Assembly (NCBI GenBank): GCA_021613535.1
Contig: CP075495.1
Location: 9,362,001-9,426,000 of the forward strand
Direction of reading: 5' to 3'
From: Adineta vaga
Lineage: Eukaryota > Animalia > Rotifera
Length of the DNA stretch: 64,000 nt
The notes beneath the pieces are model-generated. The model was not told the DNA's origin, searched no databases, and worked only from the letters and a program-made list of their open reading frames with translations. Made by a program: the position numbers and the translations under genes. Positions 56,985-64,000 of the stretch are shown one piece after another (the first letter of the stretch is position 1; each line of letters starts with the position of its first letter).

Positions 56985-59482
56985 GTTTAATGAAAGACTA
57001 TTGGGTTTATGCGGCTTAGAAGCAGAATTTGTTGTTGTTGATGATGATGATGCTGTCATGGTTGACAAAGGTGTATTTGTAGAAAAAATCTGACTTGTTG
57101 GATGAAGAATCGAAGAAGAAGAAGATGATGATGATGATGACGATAATGAGTAAGGATGAGTTAATATTGGAAAAAACATGGATTGTTCATCGGATGTGAA
57201 AGATGAATGAGATGATGATGATAAACGAATATGTCCACTATTACTAACAATTGGTTGCTGTTTTTGTTGTGTATCTAATAATAGAATTGTAAAATTTAAG
57301 ATAATCCATTGAAAACATTGTAAAATAAATGACTTACCGACATTTGTCGATAGTAATAACTGACTAAAATTGATTGTATCTGAAGAAGAAGCTGATGTTT
57401 GCATTTCAACATTACTAGTTGATGATAATGTAGAATTATTATTCGTTGTTTGTGAAAGAAGTAAATCTGGTGTGGTTGATGAATCCAGAAGAAAACTCTC
57501 AAAACCAGGTGGTGGTCCAACAGATTGTTGTTTATCAAGAATTGATGGTGATGAACAACATACTAAATCAGTTAGTTGACTTAAAAAAACATCATCTGAT
57601 GTATTATTTGATGTATCATGATTATGATTCGGTAAATTATCTAAGAAAGCATTCGATGTGGATGATGATGATGACGTAGTTGAAATAATAGATGAAAGAA
57701 ATAAAGCAGCAAGATCCCCATCAGTTAAATTATTATTCGATTTATTCACTGTTGTCGTATCGGATGAATTCATTTCTTTTGTTAATGAAGAAAAATAATT
57801 CGATAATGAATCATCAAATATGGACGGATGTTGATGATCGGATGATGAAAATAATAATGATGCACTATCAGTTACTAAAATAATAATCAATATTGATTCA
57901 AATAATTCTATCAAAACTTTTGAGAAATCTAAGTTAAATTTGAATGGAAAGATTCTGTTAAATAACTAGGTAAATGTACAAATCGATCTGTTTTCATTAC
58001 TGAGATGATTCAATCGATTTGTAAACTATTGAAAGACATTTAAACTTGCTCGAAGCATCTGTCTACAAAATTTGAAGGTTTGCATCTCCTACTTTTTACC
58101 TTGACGAGAGTATAACCGAAATATAAAAAATGAAAAAAATGCAATTCAGTAATCTCATGTAGATAAACAGTTTCAAATGTGTTTTTTTTTCTTCATATCT
58201 ATCGCATCTTTAAAAATAAATTATTCTCGTTCAAGGAATCATCCAAACAATCGTTGATGATTAATCGCGGAAAATGTGAAGTGAAATTTTCACATTATTT
58301 GGAAATTTCTTTTGGATAAGGAACACTTTTTTTTCAAGAAGTTTCGAATTGCGAAATGTTCTACTTCCTAACTGTAATAGTTTACCTGGTAATCGACCTT
58401 CTATCGTCTTTTGCTCTAATCACTTGAATTAAATTTCAACATATTTGAAAAATAAAACCTACCTAGAAGAATTTTATTTATTTTCTTTTGTAAACTAAAA
58501 AAAATTCAGTTTCTATGATTCTCATAACAACCAATCGAAATGAGAAAGAGGTGAACATTTTCTTTACTAGCGACATCTATCCCATACATTCTGTTTTCTT
58601 ACCATTATTGCCGTTTACAACTGTTGTTGAATCTTGTTCACGAATTGGCATAAAATAATATTGATTTGTTGGATTATCAGTGAGACTAAAAGAAAGAATT
58701 TTAAAAATATCTTAAAAACGTATTTTTATTTCTATTATGCAAGCACATGCACATACATATACACACATGTAAATGTAAGAATAAATCCAGTGGCAGATAC
58801 AGAAGGAGTGCGGCGAGTGCGACCACACCTCTAGAGCAAAAAAACATTCATTTCATTTTTATTGAAAGAATGATTTTTGACAGTCCGCACTCTCTCGAAA
58901 GTTTTCTGGATCCGCCACTGAATAGATAGATAAGAAGTTGTTTTAACGTGCGAACAACAAATGTTAATAGGAATGGTTTTAAGACAACAATTTCAGATGT
59001 TTTTCTCTGTATACCTTTGTTGTTTTGTATGAGAAGGTTTTTCTTTTGATTGTTCAATTAACTGTTGATTATATATTTTGTCCAAGATCAAATCAACTTC
59101 GTTATCACAGTGTGCGTCTTCGTTGAAACTAGGTTTGATTTATATACAGTTAAATATTTCAAATGTCGGAGTATTTTCTTTTCAAAAATGTCAAAGAAAG
59201 TGAAAACGTTTTTTTACTTACTGTGAAGTGAATGAATTTTGTGGACGGTAAGTTGTATTGCAATTATATGTAGAATAATGCAAGTTCATTGGATCCGACA
59301 ATACACGTCTAAAATTATGCGATGATAGAAGAAGATATATATTCATATTGATCTCATTTATTTAGTAATATACATGACAAATCCGTATAACCAGAAGAGA
59401 AATCAAAATATTTACCGTCGTTTGTTCTCTTATTACTCGTTATTTCATCGATTAATAAATCAAACTGTTTGGACAGCATCAT
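54518..59482 (-). CDS. MEIOC-like protein: Ser/Asn/Gln-rich disordered N-terminus plus C-terminal helical domain
   Basis: Exon 1 MMLSKQFD..TNDG (59482-~59416, phase 1) joins 57875. The spliced C-terminus [56 protein letters not shown] resembles the MEIOC domain as I recall it. The gene is well supported; its identity is moderately supported. Confidence 0.55.
58788..58920. mobile_element. hAT-type MITE (133 bp)
   Basis: TIRs CAGTGGCAGATACAGAA and TTCTGGATCCGCCACTG (15/17 match). Flanking 8-mers aataaatc and aatagata (6/8) form a degenerate TSD. Confidence 0.8.
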
Positions 59483-62456
59483 TCTAATAAGTTTTCTCTG
59501 TTACTAAAAAGAAAACAGATGAGTTTAAGTTTTAATAAAGAAAGTAGAACATATTGATATACAAACTTGTGACGTCGTTTAATTTATCCTTTTGCTGTTT
59601 GTTTCTTTTCCTATCACTGTTGTTGTTGTTGTTTTTATTAAAAAAAACTAATCTAGCGACTTTTGCTGTTGCTGCTATCTAGTTCGAGGATGAATCCAAC
59701 AGAGATGATGATAACGAGATATTGGATGATCAGCGACAACAACACATTATACAGAGGACAGAATATGAAAAATTGATGGTTCTAAAACAACTATAGTTTT
59801 TATAGACTGGTTGAAATATAGATGACGCTATTAGATGGTATCACTTTTCGATAGAACGCATATAAATTTGATTTTGATATGAAAAGTAATAAATATGATT
59901 GACTCTTGACGAATTTAGTTGAAATAGTAACTATGTAATCCTTCGAATATCTTCTTTTTCCTTTCAATACTTTTATTTCAAAAGATTTAATTTTAAATTC
60001 CAAAAAATGAATTCCAAAATCATCGATTCGGTAATATTTATAATAATTCTAACACTCTTACTACTAATTGATCAAACCATGTTTTTGACACAGAGTTGAA
60101 CAATTATCTTCATCAGCAAATCCTTTGTATTAAACAAAGATATATCAAAACACGGTTGATTTATTTTTGATAGATAGAACATTCTGTTCAATCGTTGATC
60201 AAAGTCATACCGCTGTCATTCCTAATATGAATACATACAGTTACATTTCGCTATCCAGACTATTTCTAAGTCTTCTTTTCTTTCTTTATACTTCTTATCT
60301 TGTCTCACACTCGACTTCTCGCATCATCGTCATTATTATTAGAAATGAATAACTAATTACTTTAAAAATCAAAAGAGAGATGATAAGCAAAATGAGAAGT
60401 GAGTTTTATTTAGAAGAAGAATAGTAATAGTTCTCGAGAGATCAATCTGTTCATCGTCATCATCATCGAATGACGTACTCGTTGATCTATCTGCGTGATG
60501 TTTTTGATTCTAATCAAATTTTTTTTCTCCACCTATTCTCAATGGAATTGCATGACCATTATCTTCTTTGCAGAGCATTGATCGACGATAAGTATATATC
60601 GCCGTTGGGTACTAATGAATTGAACATAACGGCAATGTTTATATTACTGAAGATTGTCTCGCTAATTGCGCAGCATGACGAGTTAACATGTGAATTTTCT
60701 AACTTTCAAGATTAATTTCATTTTTATAACATAGAAAAATATGTGATTGTAAAAGACAAAAAATCGTCAAGAATGTTTTTCGTAGGTAGGGTGCGAAAAT
60801 TTTTATTGATTAATACATATGGCATGATGAATTAGTTATGTCAATAATGATTCAATTATTGTTGAAACAATGTTTATCTCTGAAGAACTGGATCGATGTG
60901 CTTCATTTAAAATATTCGTTTATTTGATGTAACCTTACACTTTTAGAACAGATATCATATCCTTTTGGTTGTTTTCTTTTACTCTAGAAAAATACCTAAT
61001 TTTGACACATTCTTTTTTGCCTTTCTCACGATTTGTATTGTATTCATCCTTTATCTTATTTTTTTCCCATTCATATAGACAATAGACGTGTCAACTCTAA
61101 TGAACTGTTGGGTTTTATTCTCATTGTCGTTGTCAATAGTTCATGTTCATTGAAGCACATCAATTCTGTTGTGTTTAGGTGTCAAGAGAAGAAGATCAAA
61201 CAAGAACAAAAAAAAAGAGATAAATGCGATTTTGTCACTCGATCGTTCGCGTGTGTACACTATTGTGAATGATGCTAGTCCTAATGGTGTCGCGTTCAAT
61301 TGCCTTCCGGTCAAAGTCAATTCTACAGATGGTGTCGTGTTGTATATAAATATATTTTTTAAACTAAAAAACAAAAGTTTGGCGGATAGATGAAAGAGAG
61401 AATAGATAGTGATAAAAGACACACATCTATACCCTGTCGAGAAAGACAAGTAACCTATAGTATGGATAGTGAAATTGAAACTTGAATATGTTTGATCTCA
61501 TCAAGAAAAAAAGAAGAGAGGACTTTGAATGAATGACTAGTGTATAACTGACACGAACATGCCACTGTATCCTTGATGATCAGTGTAGTTGATAATGATG
61601 AGAAGAAGAAGAAGAAAGAGATGCATTGAATCTAATAATAGTATCGATTATCAGTTTTCAATTTCCTCTTTTTCACACTTGCTTTCTTAATACATGGATG
61701 TTTTGAAACTAAGCCAATCATTAGTGATGTCAACAGTTTTATAAATATTAGATTCGTAAAACAATATTTAAAGAACGTCCTCGAAATCAGTCTATTAAAT
61801 TCTATTTAAATAGATACAGAAGTTTTCTTTTATACATATTCATATTTCGATTAACTTGCCCGCCCTTGTCATGTCTTTCACATTTTTATACACTGTCACT
61901 AATGAACTCAACCATAACGGTGTCCATATGGTGATGTTTACTTAGGTGATTCAATGAAGAAGAAAAAAAGTAATGTCATTATAAGGAGGAGAAGACGAAG
62001 AAGAAGATGGTATGTCCTCGGGCGACAAGAAATAGATAGATCGATCGATAGATATTCATGTTACTAGTGATGATCGTTTAGCGGGTATAGGGGGGAGCGA
62101 GAGAGAAAGAGAAAGAGGCATGAAGTGTCCAACAGCTTGCATATTTAATGATAGATATCATTCTTCTCGTTTCTTTTTTCTTCTTGGCTATGGAATTAAA
62201 AATAAGAGAAAGCTTCAGGCAAGATCTGGTGGTATTGTATTAATCGAAATAAGATCAAAAAAACCGAACGAACGAAAGAAGAAAAAGAAAAACAAGATTG
62301 TAATATAAGTGAACAAATATAATGTACAACATGCGCAGAAAAAAATTTTTTCTAGAGAATAAGAAAAGTCGAAGAAAAAAAAATAAAAAAATAAGACAGA
62401 ATTTTTTTTTCTTAGTCGATATGCGTCAAAACTAATCTTTTTTCGTTTTTCATTAG

Positions 62457-64000
62457 TCAAAAATATGTAGGATAGATACCAACATGATGTTGTTGACTTG
62501 ACATATATGATGCTTTAATTGGTGATGAAGAATTTGATGGTGATGAAGATGATGATGTACCTGTTGTTGTTCCTGTTGTTGTTGCTGTACCTATGGATGA
62601 TAACATGGATGAAGAGAATAATGGATGAAGTGCTGCAGCAGCTGCATATGCTGCTTGTTGAGATTGATGATAAGCTGATGATGATGGCGATGATGATGTT
62701 GATGCACTGTTAACTGCCATAGCTGCAGCGGCTGCTTGAGCATGATAACCATTTAATGCTGGTTCATTCTTCATTAAAAGTCCATAAGGAAATGGATCTT
62801 TATCTTTCATGCTACACGATGAACTACTAGCAAGTAAACTACCATTACCACTACGTTTTGTATTTGGTTTTCGATTACGTGTTTGAATGTTCTCTTTTTT
62901 CAATGTTATTGGACGATTTACCTATCAAATATAATGATCTGTTTAGAAAAAATTAAAGAATAACAAATGTTTTGTTTATCTATTAACTTCTAATTGTTGT
63001 TATTACGTCAGATTAGAAAAACAGATTCTTCTTCGACACTTTCTTTTCCTAACGGTTCATCATTTTCAATTGAATATGATAATGAAAATGATGATGATAA
63101 TGATGATGTTGATGTACATGGACAATGTCTCAAATTGTATTCTTTGTCTCTAATCGAATTTGTCACGTATTTAATACAATGAATGAATGAATTCAAACGC
63201 GTTTATGCGATTGATCATGATAATTATGTATACGTTCATGGACATAGCAAAATTCTATCCATAAATCAGTTCATCATGTAAATTTAACACATTTTTGACT
63301 TTAAGAATTTTTTGATCGAATTAAAATACGTTTTCTTCTCACGCGTTTTCTCTCTCCTATTACCTTATGTAATTTATAATACAAACCACATGCATTACAA
63401 ACACTTTCACCATGCCCATTTCGTCGCCATAAGGTTGTTGTGCTTGTATTACAATTTGAACAGTGAACACCTGTTTTCTTAACTGTTGACTAAATTATTG
63501 GAAAGAAAAAGAAAATAGATGATAATCAAAATTTGACTATATTTTCTTACTAAACGTCGTTTAGGTTTAATCAATGGTCGATTGTGTCCATTCATTTTAT
63601 GATAAAGACCACAAGCATTACATAGATAATTACCATTACCATCACGTCTCCATAGTGGTGTAGCTTTAGCTCCACAATTCACACATTCACGTCCTTCAGC
63701 TAAAGAAAAGCAAGAGAAAGAAAATAATCAAATTATTCATTAGTGAATATAATTGAATGTTTGACAAACCTTGACTAGGTTTCTTTTTCGAATTTGAATT
63801 GGAAATTTTTCCTGATGAATCTGTTGGTGATTTCATTGTTGACCAAAACATAGCTGGATCTTTCAGAACATGTCCCCAATTATGATGATGATGATAAGCT
63901 GCAGCTGCGGCAGCTGCACTCGTTGTTGGTGATGTTGTATTTAGAAAAAGATTTTGATGAGGATGATGATGTGAATGATACGTTTTATTATTATTAAGTA
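62457..64000 (-). CDS. GATA1/2/3-class transcription factor, two zinc fingers; 5' end outside the window
   Basis: [50 protein letters not shown]; [32 protein letters not shown]; IQTRNRK (GATA123-type, versus TRKRK in GATA456). Confidence 0.95.

Noticed and set aside
59800-62460. Multiple 60-100 aa ORFs
   Set aside because: No motifs; consistent with intergenic or GATA 3' UTR sequence.

Overview
AT-rich eukaryotic DNA with many short GT-AG introns. Gene style (compact introns, divergent nuclear-receptor expansion, intronless GPCR, a non-metazoan-type enzyme with introns) suggests a bdelloid rotifer; this is inference, not a database result. From left to right: 3' part of an ABCG half-transporter with an apparent frameshift; intron-rich cytosolic HSP70; RRP12-like gene 94 nt downstream of a co-oriented mut-7/EXD3 exonuclease (operon-like); a GT31 beta-1,3-galactosyltransferase pseudogene split by a ~1.44 kb non-autonomous Helitron; two tandem GLUT/SLC2 transporters, one hosting a nested antisense secreted-protein gene; a WrbA-type NAD(P)H:quinone oxidoreductase (HGT candidate); five HR96/NR1J-like nuclear receptors with non-canonical P-boxes (four in tandem, two frameshifted); a class A GPCR; a PDZ protein; a peroxisomal acyl-CoA oxidase; a MEIOC-like gene with a hAT-type MITE in its first intron; and the 3' part of a GATA1/2/3 factor. 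Exon boundaries were read by eye and are approximate.
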